Source: Lama guanicoe
Lineage: Eukaryota
Length of the DNA: 64,000 nucleotides
Reading direction: 5' to 3'
NCBI GenBank assembly: GCA_013239625.1
Contig: MU053594.1
Coordinates: forward strand, 1,926,127 to 1,990,126
Under the pieces are notes generated by a model that made no database searches, was not told the DNA's origin, and saw only the letters and a list, made by a program, of their open reading frames with translations. Below, piece after piece: positions 38,870-51,381 of the stretch. Within the stretch, counting starts at the first letter, position 1. Each line of letters starts with the position of its first letter. Both the position numbers and the translations under genes were made by a program.

Positions 38870-40930
38870 AAAAACAAATGTAAAATTTCTCTAGAGAAGT
38901 AGATTCTTAACCCAGGTGTCAGAGAATTACCACAGATAAAGTTCTAGTGAACAAGAAATTATAATGATATATATATAATTAAAATAAATGACAAAGCACA
39001 GAAGGAAACACGACATTATGAGTGAGAGCCAACAGAGGTAACAGTCGATAGAAAGCTGACCTGTAAAACTTCATTTATTAGGAATTATTAAAATAAGAAT
39101 ATGAAATAACTATGTTCAATATTTTTAAGGAAATAAAAGAAGGAATTGAAAACATAATAAACAAAGGACTAAACAATCAGTAGCGTAAAAAGGAATTTAC
39201 AGAATGGGAGAAAATATTTGTAAACCATGATTCCGATAAGAGGTTCATTTCCAAAATGTACAAGGAACTCCTAAATTCAATAGTAAAAAACCTAATAATC
39301 TGGCCAACAGGTATATGAAAAGATAGTTAATATCACTAATTATCAGGGAAATGCGAATCAAAATTACAGTGAGATCACTTCATACCTGTTAGAATGGCTC
39401 TTGTCTAAAAACAAAGACAAGTGTTGGTGAGGATGTAGAGAAATTGGAACCTTGGCACACTATTGGTGGGAATGCAAAATGGTACCACTACCGTGGAAAA
39501 CAGTATGAGGTTCCTCAAAAAGTTCAAAATAAAACTACCATATGATCCAGCAATCCCACTTCTGGGAATTTATACAGAAGAATTGAAACCAGGATCTCAA
39601 AGTGGTATTTGCACTCCAGTATTCATTACAGCGTTATTCACAATAATAGTTGGAAACAACCTAAATGTCCATCAACAGAAGTGGGGAGAAAATGTGGTGT
39701 ATACCTACAAAGGAATGTTATTCAGTGTTTATAAAGAAGGAAATCCTACAAATGTGACAACATGGATGAACCGTGAGGACATTGTGCTAAGTGAAATAAC
39801 TAGTCACAGAAGGACAAATACGGCATGACCCCGTTTATATGGGGTATCTAAACTAGTTAGACTCATGTAAGCAAATGGTAGAATTGCAGTTGCCAGGGTT
39901 AGGGGCAGGGGGAAATGGGAAGTTGTAATTAATAGATACAAAATTTCACTTATACGATATGAATTCGCTCTGGAGATCTGCTGTACAGTATTACACCTGT
40001 AGGTAGCAAAACTGTATTTTACACTTAAAACTCTGTTAAGAGAGTAGGTCTCATATTAAGTGTTCCTACCGCAATAGAATAAAAAAGATTAAAAGAAAGA
40101 AAAAACAAATGTGACTACAAAAATGACCAGGCAGATTTGAAAAAGAACCAAACAGAGCTTCTAGAAATGAAGTTTATAATAATCAATATTTAAAATTCAG
40201 TGGATAGTTTAAACAACTGATTAGACACTGCTAACAAGTAAACTAGAAGATTGATCTGAGGAAATTACTAAGATTACAATATAGAGTAACAGAAAAAAAA
40301 TGGAAATATAAGAGAGGTTAAGAAATGTGTATGATAGGCTTGAAAGAGCTGATATACATCCAATCATACCTAGGAGATGATTGAATAGGGAGAGGCAGTA
40401 TTCTGGAAATTTTCCAGAGTAGATGGAAAAAAGATGCTAATCCACAGGTTCAGGAAGCGTAACATATCCTGAGTTGGAGAAATAAAAAGGAATTAGTGAA
40501 ACTTTAAAACACCAAGAACGAAAAAGATCTTACAGGTTGACAGAGGGCTGATATAATACCTACAAAAGAGTGTTAGGCAGTTAGACTGACAAAAGTCCTC
40601 TCAAAAGCCAGAAGACAGATAATTAATATCTTCAAAGTGCTGTGAGAAAATGACTGTCATCCTAAAACTGTAAACCCAGCTAAATCACCCTTTAAGACCA
40701 AGAGCTAAATAAAGACTTTCCAGGCAAAATATAAAGAAATAAAAATCAAACAAAAAATGGAATTTAGCACTAAAGAATCCTCACTAAAGAAGCTTCTAAA
40801 GGATATACTTAGGAAGATACAAAATTATTTCAAAAGAAACTTTGAGATGAAATAAGCAACCCAAGTGAGAAAATAGTTAACACGTGGTTATGTCTGAACA
40901 ATACTGACTAAATAAAGCAATAATCTAATT
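38870..40930 (+). mobile_element. Old L1M ORF1-region fragment interrupted by a younger L1 3' piece (about 39172-40100)
   Basis: Inner piece encodes KLPYDPAIPLLGIY (L1 ORF2 C-terminus) and ends in an A-rich tail; approximate TSD aaacaaa(g/tgt)gacta. Confidence 0.8.
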
Positions 40931-41079
40931 CATTTCATTTATGATTTCACTTATAGAGCTTAAAGGGCCTTCGAGACAGAAGTAAAAGGAGGGGTATAGC
41001 TGATTAAGTTTGAGAAACACCAACTTAGACTACCACTTATCAAAACTTCGGTGTATGTCCTTGTCTTTGTTTTCTGATT

Positions 41080-41310
41080 ACTACCATCTGTTGAGCAACT
41101 CTGTGTCTGGTACTCTTCTAAGCACCTTACCACGCATTGCCCTCACAGAAACCTTATGAAGTAAGTGTTATCGTTAGCCTCATTTAACAGGTGAGATATC
41201 TGACAGAGAGATGATGTAACTAGACCAGGGTACCACTGCTAGTGAGTGGAAGGGGCAGGATTTGAACCTGTGCCTGTCTGAGCCCTGTGGTTTTCCCACT
41301 AAATCAGGCT
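41080..41310 (-). mobile_element. MIR SINE
   Basis: ttgagca...tctaagcaccttac...cctcatttaacaggtgag...ggcaggatttgaacc. Confidence 0.7.
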
Positions 41311-41565
41311 GTTTTCCTATTGATGGTTAAGTATAATCTAGCCCAGAATGTATACATTTCCTCTTAGGTAGAGAGCTTCTGTCCTGTATAAAGAATAAGA
41401 ATGGCTTTCTTATACACGAGAAATTGCTAACAAACCTTCTGAGACAGTTCTGTATTTGACTTTAGATCATCAGTGTTCTCTGTGCTGCAGGCATGTTTTT
41501 GTCCTTTGTTTTGAAATTTCCATCCCTGAGATTTGCTCTGCTGACAGTCTTTGTCTTTGTCCTAG

Positions 41566-41654
41566 GGCTGTGTGCAAGAAGTTCGGGCTGCATGTGAGTC
41601 GAATGATGCTAGCCTTCTTGGTTCTCAGCACTGGAATGTTTTGCTCATCATCAG
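41566..41654 (+). CDS. ALG9: ALG9 exon 5
   Basis: cctag|G AVCKKFGLHVSR...CSSS G|gtaggt; 89 nt. Confidence 0.95.
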
Positions 41655-43506
41655 GTAGGTAAAAGAGCAGGTACACTGAGCGTAACAGGTTCGCTGGTAT
41701 TTCACAGTTGCATCAAGCAGAAGAACTTGTCCAAATGTAGGTTATATTTGTATAGCATGTCAGTCATTTGGAGAGTCCTGTTATTTACATGATCTTGATT
41801 GACCTTTGCAACAATCCTGTGGTGTAAGATAAGTATGTTCTCATTTTTGCAGGTAGGGCACTGAAATGGCTTAGCAAAAGGCAGAGAATTCATCAATTGT
41901 AGAGCTGTTATTTACATCGGATTGCTTTCTATTACATTTTTGTATTTTTTATGACTGCAAGGCTGAAAAAGAGGCATCCACTGCCTCTCTTTGCTGTTGG
42001 GGGAAGGAAAATAATTTTGTTATTTTGCCCAGGGAAGCTCTTTATGTCTAAAAACCCTGATCTTGATGGTTGTATCTTATGCCAATTGTTTGCAGTGGAT
42101 TCTGTAAAAGTATACATCTTCTTTTAGGCTTTTTAAAAATTTTACAGTAAGCTTCTGGAAATCTAGAATAAAATCCTTAATCTAGAGTGGTGGCTTTCAA
42201 CTGTGCCATTGAACATTTGTGTTCTATAAGCTGAGCCAAAGTGGCCTGTTGCCAAAAGGTAGCCTGTTTCCAATTACCCAGAAAAGTTCTTTCTAGATAG
42301 AATCAATATTAATTTTTACTTGGGTGTACCAGAATCTAGTATGCACACTAAATATACACAAAAATAGTAACTAGCAACAAAGTATTTATATATTTTTCCT
42401 TCACTGACTGTATCGAACTCCAGGTTGTTCTGCAAAGACCTCAGGGCTCCACGCCTGAGTAACTTTGAGAGCCACTGTCCTAAATGAGATGTGCTCTACC
42501 CTCTGAGCTGGCACAGACCCCGGGTTCCTCTGCTCCCCTGTCCTCTGCATTGGCGGCTGGAATTGACAGCTTTGGATGCCAGCGATGTTATTTAGCATTT
42601 GTCTTGGAAGGTTGTACCTCACATTTTTTGTAGTTACTTTGCTGCTCCTAAAATTGATTCTTATATGAGAGAGATACCTGGGAGTATCTTTAGTGTTATC
42701 TTTTCAGTTGAGGGTGTTAAGGCATAGAGAAATTAGAGGTGTCTTGTGATATGGGGCCTCTGAACCCTTCGCTGAATTTCTTAAATCGTACTACCAGTTC
42801 AGTGTGGTTGCTTTTGGAGTTGGTACTGATTTTTCCTCCCTAGTGCTAGATGATGCATGTAAAAGGCAGGGAAAGGCAGATCTGCATGCATTTTTTGTGT
42901 TGAGTTGTTAGAAACACTTTGAACACCTGAAGGTGGTCAGTCCTCTGCTCTATACAACAAAGTTATGCTTGATGGGAATAATTAGGGGGGCATCTAAAGG
43001 CCAGACTGTCTCTGTCAGTGGATGCGGATGCAAAGCAGTGCTGCCATTGAACATTTGGCCCTTGAGAAGGCTTCCTAGAATTCCCATGGGGTGCAGGTTG
43101 GTACCGGGACAGTCTCGGAAGACTGTCAGAAGGTAAACTTCTTCACAGATTGTTAGCAATGGCTCTAAGTTTCGTGAAGCGTGTTTCCTGTCTGGGGAAC
43201 CTGGAATTCTGCAAGTTTTGTATTTGGCGTACAGGCCAGGAAATAAATGACATGGTTGGCATTGTGTAATTGGGTGACACATTGGTATGTAAAAAATAGG
43301 AGTGAGAAATTAGAAAACCATGAACTTCATTTTTTTTTAGGAGTATCACTTTATTCCCCATTTCTAAAATACGCATTGCTTAAAATATTTTCCTGGCTAT
43401 TGACATGTTGCAGTGTAGATGCATTTTTAATAGTTGATACCTTATAAATCTCAGTCTCTTGTCCCTTCCCCCATCCACTTATTTTTTCATTTCTTTGCTC
43501 TTGCAG

Positions 43507-43642
43507 CATTCCTTCCTAGCAGCTTCTGTATGTACACTACCTTGATAGCCATGACTGGCTGGTATATGGACAAAACTTCCATCGCTGTGCTTGGAGTAGC
43601 AGCCGGGGCTATCTTAGGCTGGCCATTCAGTGCGGCTCTTGG
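43507..43642 (+). CDS. ALG9: ALG9 exon 6
   Basis: ttgcag|CA FLPSSFCMY...GWPFSAAL GG|gtaaga; 136 nt. Confidence 0.95.
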
Positions 43643-44950
43643 GTAAGAAAGTAGCGCGACTTTATCACTGGGCATATGTCAGTCTTAATGTTAGGTTATC
43701 TCCATCTTCTCCGGATAGGACCTAAGTTACAGGAGTTACTTACACAAAGATTCCGGGAAATGGAAGGCTGTTTCCCTTAGTGCTTCTTGTTATGATTAAT
43801 TCTGGTAAGAATGGTGACTGTTAAGCGTCTACCATGTTAGGCACAGCCAAACCCCTTAGGAACTTTATCCCCAAACCTTACATCTCCGCAAGAGAAATAC
43901 AATTGCTCATGCTTTATAAGTGAGAAAGGAGACTCTGAGAGGCTTTGAGTCATTTGCCCTTAAGATTGTGTTTGCTTGTGGATGCAGACTTTCTGACTCC
44001 ACCGCTGATGGCTTTTGCACACTGTTCCGCCCTGTGCTGTGCATTTTCCCAGCCACCCGGGCTCGGAGTCCGAGTTTCCTCTCAGTCCTTCTTTCTTGCC
44101 TGCAGCATCTTTTTTTTTCCGAGTTCCGTAGTATCTCTCATTCCTTTGGTACTTTTTTGTTTCCACAACTTACACTCCGGTTTGTGCTGTCCTAACCTCT
44201 TCCTGTACCTTTGGTAATTTCAAAAAATGTATTAGTTTGATATTAAGGTTATCATAGTAATATATCTTTATTATTAAAAAAAACAACTACCAGATTGTAT
44301 GAGGTAAAAAGAATTCTTAGTTCTGTTCTCCCCTAACTCAGTCTTTGAAGGTAGTCCCTGCTAATAGCCTTATATATATATCTTTCTAGAAATTGTCCTT
44401 GTGTGTATAAATGCACACACATTTTTATACATACATATGTAAATTCTTAAAACAAATAGAATTATTCTGTGCATATATGTATCTTCTATTGCGCATTGAT
44501 TTATATTATTCTTTGTATCAGTTGCATAACATTCCATTATCATATGGCTGTCCGTAATAGGTTTAGCCATTGCCTTATTGGTAGACATTTGGTTTTCAGT
44601 TTCTTTGCTATTATACACATTGCTTCAGTGAACATTTTTGCACAAATGTCTGTACGCCTGTAGAACTTTTATGGGATAAACTTGCAGAAGGGAGTTACTA
44701 AGTCAGAAAATAGACATTTAAATTTTTCTTAATTGTATTTTAAAGGCTGGTTTCCCCACTTTCAGTCTTATCTTCGATTATATTCTGCATTTCATCCTCA
44801 AATTATTACGTTTCTTAAGATTTTGTGTGAGGCCCTTTTCTATACTTTCTTCACAAGAAGGTCTCTCAACCATCTTGGTGATTCCTGTATCTTTATGTCT
44901 GGTCTCAAGCTTCACTCAATTATTCCAAGCTTCCCCACTGCTCCGTGTCA

Positions 44951-45148
44951 CAGAGGCTGGCTGGCTGCAGCCTGTGGGCCAAATCCAGCTGGCCTGTTTT
45001 TGTACAGCCCAAGAACTAAGAACTGTTTACATTTTTAAAGGTTGTTAAAAAAACAACACACACACAGAAGAATATGCAACAGAGACCATGTGTGGCCAGC
45101 AAAGCCTAAAATGTATACTGTCAAGTCCTTTAAATAAAGCTGACCCCT
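44951..45148 (+). mobile_element. MER58-like hAT MITE
   Basis: cagcctgtgggccaaatccagc...gaatatgcaacagagacc...gctgacccct. Confidence 0.75.
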
Positions 45149-46611
45149 CCTCGATGGTGTCCAAACTTCAGTGTGACTCACAAAGCCCTGGTCTTCCATC
45201 CTCTGTACCCTCCAGCCTCCTTTTGTCAGTTCCTCTGTTACTTCTGCTTTCTGCTCCATCTAATTGCGCGCCATCAACTCCTCAGGTACCTCTGCGTGGC
45301 ACATTTTAATTAGTCTGCCTTTCGCCCAGATGCATGATTTCAGGCTCACAGTTAGTCAGTCAGCTAGCACTCTAGCATCACTTGTTGATTGCTTTGTGCT
45401 AGGCACGGCTGATATTTTGATGAATGAAACAGCTATGGTTCCTACTGTTTTGGAGCTTACATTTTAGTAGGAAATACAGACATTGAACAAGTCATTAAAA
45501 GTGAGATGACTTATCAAAGGAGAAGTGCAGATGCAGTGGATAGGTAGCTAGTTGGGGAGACAAAAACTGAAAAACACGGAATGTTAATGCAAAATTCAGG
45601 TGATAGAATGTGGAAGTTGACATGATAGAAGAGATGTTCTGTGACGGCACATTGTGGTTGGCGTCTGGGTGGATTCTGTGTAGGTAAATAGACTGGTATG
45701 GGAGGGAATTCTCTGGGACAAGAGCGTGAGGAGAGGCTCTGTCTAGTGTCCTAGGTTAGGAAGTCATGGATGTGAAGGCGAGTGTTCAGACACCAAGAGC
45801 TGAGCACCTGCTGAGAAAATGAGTGTAAGGAAAGAAAAGTCAAAGCTTGCTTTTGGGAGATACGACCATGGGAGGGCACACCACGGGGGAGGGGCAAAAA
45901 GAAGCCCAGAAAGGGGCACTAAGGAAAAGACTAGAACAGAGCATCGGAGCCAGGGAGTCTAAACAGGAAGGAGCAGATGCTTTGTGTCAAGTGCAGCAGA
46001 AAGACAAAGGGAGATGAAGCTTGTGGAAAGTTACTGGGTCTGGCTGCGGAGAGATTCCTGGTGACCGTAGGCTATTAATAGCTCAATGCCATAAGCCTTA
46101 AGGAAGAAATAGTGAAGGCAACACACGTATGCCACTTGCTTGAGGAATTTAAGTGAAAAGAGGAAGAGCCCATGGTGTTGGAAGGGGATATAGCAGAACA
46201 GAAGTGAAAGTTATTAATGTTTTATTACTAAAATCTTAATAAGTTGCAGAAGGGAGAAATCAAGATTGATTTATTTGCAGGGCGGGAGTAGGGCAGGAGA
46301 GTACATTTACTTATGACTAATGTATTTTAAATGTCCATTACACATAAATCCATATAAAATGAAGCTCATTCCAGAAGCTAAATATTTATATTTCTTGTGC
46401 ATTGTGGGATGCATCACAGTCTGGTGGGTCCTGTGAAGAGATCACATTTTTATTTTTTAGAGAACATCCTTTCACATACCACTTTTTTCCCTTACTGTAA
46501 TTACTCGAGACATTTTAGTCTCAGTTCGGCAAGAGGTATGTGTGAATCTGACCTGTTGGACTCTGTAGTCTCAGTATTTAACTCCCTATTTTCTATTTCT
46601 CTGTTAAATAG

Positions 46612-46699
46612 TTTACCTATTGCCTTTGACATGCTGGTCATGAAACACGGGTGGAAGAATTTCATTAATTGGTCGCTGGTTGCCCTAATGCTCTTTCTG
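46612..46699 (+). CDS. ALG9: ALG9 exon 7
   Basis: aaatag|T LPIAFDMLV...ALMLFL|gtgagt; 88 nt. Confidence 0.94.
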
Positions 46700-46895
46700 G
46701 TGAGTTTTCTTTCTTTCTTCCTTTTTTTCCCCCCTTGTTCTGTTCGTAAGTTGCAATGAAAATAACTTCTGCCGTGGAATGGAGAACATTAGGAGTTGAT
46801 TCTGTTTTTCATCCTGAAGTTTATCCTATTACCGCCATGAGAACATTCCCAGAGCAGAACTCTACAATTGCTGTGTATTTTCTGCTCTGTTCCAG

Positions 46896-47001
46896 GTGCC
46901 TGTGGTGGTCATCGACAGCTACTATTACGGGAAGTTGGTGATCGCACCACTCAACATTGTTTTGTATAATGTCTTTACTCCTCACGGACCTGATCTCTAT
47001 G
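46896..47001 (+). CDS. ALG9: ALG9 exon 8
   Basis: ttccag|VPVVVIDSYYYGK...HGPDLY G|gtaagg; 106 nt. Confidence 0.96.
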
Positions 47002-47240
47002 GTAAGGCCTTGTGAAATTTGGAGAATGTTTAGGAGGTAGCTTCATTTGCCTCAGCCTTGAAATTTTAATTCAGTTGCCTCATTTTATCAAATATAGCAT
47101 CTCTTTGCTGGCAGTCTTCTTTTCTTATTAAAAAATAAATGATATTTGGACATAGCACAGTGATGCTATGGAACCACTAAATATTTTTCCTTGGTTAATG
47201 TGATATTCAGATTTGGAATTCTGTTAGTCCTACTCTCTCT

Positions 47241-47806
47241 CTCTCTTTTTTTTTAAATTATTTTACTATTTTTTAACTTTTTTTTATTGAGTTATAGTCA
47301 TTTTACAATGTTGTGTCAAATTCCAGTGTAGAGCACAATTTTTCAGTTATACATGAACATATATATATTCATTGTCACATTCTTTTTTGCTGTGAGCTAC
47401 CACAAGATCTTGTATGTATTTCCTTGCTATACAGTATAATCTTGTTTATCTATTCTACATATGCCTGTCAGTATCTACAAATTTTGAACTCCCAGTCTAT
47501 CCCTTCCCTCCCTCTCCCCCTTGGCAACCACAAGTTTATCACAAGTTTATAGTCTATGTCTATGAGTCCGTTTCTGTTTTGTATTTATGTTCTTTTTTTT
47601 TTTTTATTCCACATATGAGTGATCTCACATTGTATTTTTCTTTCTCTTTGTGGCTTACTTCACTTAGAATGACATTCTCCAGGGACATCCATGTTGCTGC
47701 AAATGGCCTTATGTTGTCATTTTTATGCATGAATAGTATTCCATTGTATACATATACCACAGCTTCTTTATCCAGTCATCTGTTGATGGACATTTAGGCT
47801 GTTTCC
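47241..47806 (-). mobile_element. Relatively young 5'-truncated L1 with TSD
   Basis: Poly-T head; ORF2 C-terminus FAATWMSLENVILSEVSHKEK; TSD AGTCCT(A/C)CTCTCTCT at 47226-47240 and 47807-47821. Confidence 0.88.
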
Positions 47807-50292
47807 AGTCCTCCTCTCTCTTACTCTCAGTTTTGAGTAATGGGAACTCTGTTGCGTTTGCCATGGCTTTTGATGCTACTCTTTTTAAAGTGTTACTTTT
47901 TTTCTCTTTTCATTGGAAAATCAATATGATAGCAAAAGTAAGAAAATTAAAATATTCATAATCCCATCATCCTCCCTCAGATGGCTATTGTTAACACTCT
48001 GGAATATATTCGTCCACACATTTTCTTTCCAAATACACATTTTGTATTACTTTTTCTTTCTTTAATTTGCATTACGTCAGTACTGTGCATTAGAGAAGAA
48101 AGTTTGGAAAATCTGTAGACAAAGTGTAGCAAATGGGGGTGGGGTCAGCACAAGGAGGTGGGTAGTTTGGCCAGTTTAGGGTTCAGAGGGGGAAAAAAGG
48201 AATGCCTTTAGTCTGGGGTACGTTCTCCAATTTCCGTCCATCTCCGCCCTTCCTCTGATTCCTTTCTCTCAGCTAGTCTTCTTTTTTTTTTTTGCCAGCC
48301 AGCCAATGAGCCTGTTTTATTTGGCCCCTGGGGGCATTTGAGTTGGTGACCACGAAGGGGGATGAGCTAGAGATCTTTTTGATCAGATTAGCCAAGTCAG
48401 TAAACATTTTATGAGACAGTTTTTCATGAACATAAATGTAGTTTCTTCTGCCTTAATCTTTGAAGGTCTTAGAGCATTCTGTATGTGTGATTGTCTTGGA
48501 GCTCTGCTTTGAAGCAGGTTAATATTATCTCTGTCTGTGTCTCTTAGCAATTTAAAACATGCCCATCCTTCTTCTGTGCCACTTTGCCAATAGAACCAAC
48601 AAATTGAATGAGCATATTTAAAGGAAGTATATGAATGAAATTTAATTGGGCCTCCTGGGATTTGGGGAATATTGTCCTTTTAGATGGCAGTGATAGGTTA
48701 AAAATAAACTATTTTGTTCAGTGAATTGAATTTACAAACTGCATGGCTAGAGAATAATTGCTAAGTGAAGGAATTTTAAAAGGCTCCTTTATGAGGCTGT
48801 AAGGTCCCCAAGGATATGAGAAAAAGCTGTAACTTTAATCTTTTGCCTCTAGATGTCTCTCTTTAGCTAGGAGGGTTGGCATGTTTTTAATGGCCCCTTG
48901 TTTTAGTTTACTTGTAGAATTGTTTTGGATTCTACAAGACAGTAGAAGGGGGGCTGTGCTCCTAGAACCAGGTTGCACATTAGAAATTGACTTATATGGA
49001 ACCTATTGTAAACAGAATATCCATTATATATGGGTGAATAAATTGTGTTAATTTGAGTTTAATTTTGAAAAATTGGTTCTCTGCCTTTTAAATGAGTTCT
49101 TGCATATTGATACTCTGACTGCTGATTTATAAAGCTTTGTATGAAAGTATGTGAAAGTTACATGGTTTTTGTAGCTTGATGAGATTTTTACATCTCAAAA
49201 TAAGCAGATTGGTAGAGAGAGTAGGAGAGAAAGAATAAATTCTGACTGAAGGTTATGTTTCTAGTTTAGCAGTAGGTAGGTCAGGGACCCCTGTGGTAGG
49301 TTTTGGGATCCAGCAGAGCAGTGGCCAGTCTCTCCCTGGATGTTGGCATCTACTATTCATTTCAGCCAGTGTTTTACTGGGAGGAGTCTTTGGGGCTCCG
49401 TTCTGCCTGCTTTAATGAACCCAGGTTAGGGTTTTGCTATTTCGGATGTGCAGGAACTGATCACTTTCCTAGTGACAGAAAAGGCTTTGTTGGCCAGAGG
49501 GAATCGCCCATCATCCTGGGCATCAGCAGGACTGGTGCAGTGCTGTGGTCAGCCAGACTGTAGGAGCTGTTCCTTGATGGTAGACTTCTTGCAGTTTTAC
49601 CTCATCTTTGAATCTGACAATTTTTCAGGGGTGTCTGATTTCCATGGTAACTGCTTTTTGCTTTAGCAGGCTTGCAGAGAATACTTCTTCAATCTTAGGA
49701 GTAGGTAGTCTTTGTGTATTCGAAGCCTTCAGTAAAGATTTCTCATGAGTGTATGAAAGAGTGAACAAATTCTGGGGTATCCGTCAGATGACCTCAGTGC
49801 CCTGATCACTACTGTGTCCTAGGACTGTTTTGTTTGGACCTGTTATGGTGTGCTAGTTGGGATTATCTTGATACCAAATAAGAATAATAGAGATAAAAGT
49901 TATACTTTACCATTGTCAGCTAATTTTATCGTAATTGTTGAGTCCATTCAGTAAATATCAAAGACTTATCTTTTTTTTTCAATTGAAGTTACAGTGCGTC
50001 AATTGCTGGTGTACAGCATAATGTCCCATCAGAGACAGATGCTCTGATGCTGTAAAACTGTCAAACAGTGAGACAGTATGTCTTTTGTCATGCAGGCTTC
50101 AGCTCTTTCACTTGTATGGCATTATTTCACTTTTTGGCATTATTTTGACTGTTTTGTAAGTGTCACCTACTTCAGATGCCTCATTAGCTTTGGTAGGCAC
50201 ATAGTTTTTTATCTGAAAATTAAAAATGCATTGTGCTGATGGTTTTTGCATACCTCTCTTAGTGCTGTTTCTTACATATAAGCCTATAAATA

Positions 50293-50433
50293 TTTTTTTA
50301 ATTACTTTTTTTTTTGCAGGGGGGAGGTAATTAGATTGGTTTACTTATTTATTTTCAGAAGAGGTACTGGGGAATGAACCCAGGACCTCATGCATGCTAA
50401 GCAAGTGCTCTACCACTGAGCTATACCCTCTCT
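50293..50433 (-). mobile_element. Vic-1-like SINE with TSD
   Basis: tRNA-Ala-like body; TSD CCTATAAATA at 50283-50292 and 50434-50443. Confidence 0.88.
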
Positions 50434-50891
50434 CCTATAAATACTTCTTTAATGAATGGATAAATGACTTCAGTTAAAGAAACACTGAATACATTGCTTT
50501 TGAGCATTTATCATATGTCCCCATAGAATTTGCTGTCTGATGGTAAGGCTGCAGACATATGAGTAGATACAGTCCAGTGTCTTCTGTGCTACAGTGTGGG
50601 AATCATAGGACAGACAGTGTGGGAATCATAGGAGTAAGTCCGTCTCTTGGTATTGGGAAAGACTTCTGGGAGGTGGCAGTCCTTGAGGTGAGCCTGGAAG
50701 GAAGAGTAGGAGTTTGCCAGGTGCATCGCAGAAAAACAGACTGTCACAGGCTGCTGAGACAAAGAGATTGAATATTGAGTTCTTTTTTAAAAACCTAAAG
50801 TAGTTTTACAGCATTAGCCGAATTTTAGGTAGGAACTGCACAGGCACGAGCAAGATCATTTCAACCTCTCCATTGTGATTGTAAAAATATA

Positions 50892-51381
50892 CAGATGGCC
50901 CCCGACTTACGACAATTCGACTTAACAATTTTTTGACTTAACGATGGTGTGAAAGCGGTACACATTCAGTAGGAACTAGACTTCACATTTAGAATTTTGA
51001 TCTTTTTCCAGGCGGTTGGTACGTGGTGTGATGTCTCTCGTGCTGGGCCAGGGGCAGCTCCCAGTCAGCCACTCTGTCACCAGGGTAAACAACAGAAATA
51101 CAACCACCATTCTGGACCCACATGACAATTCTATTTTTCATTTTCAGTACAGTAGCCGATGAATTATATGAGACAGCACTGTATCATAAAACAGACTTTG
51201 TGTTAGGTGATTTTGCCCAACTATGGGCTAATGTAAGTGTTCTGAGCAAGTGTGAGGTAGGCTAGGCTAAGCTATGATGTTCTATAGGTTAGGTGTATTA
51301 AATGCATTTTTGACTTACAACATTTTTAGTTTACAATGGGTTTATCAGGACAAAACCTCATCGTAATTCGAGGAAGATCTG
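50892..51381 (-). mobile_element. Tigger5/MER47-type Tc1-mariner element
   Basis: TIRs CAGATGGCCCCCGACTTACG / CGTAATTCGAGGAAGATCTG, flanked by TA on both sides. Confidence 0.85.

Noticed and set aside
50027..50049. 8-bp hairpin CATCAGAG...CTCTGATG
   Set aside because: Short isolated inverted repeat beside an L1 remnant; expected by chance in 64 kb and has no functional context
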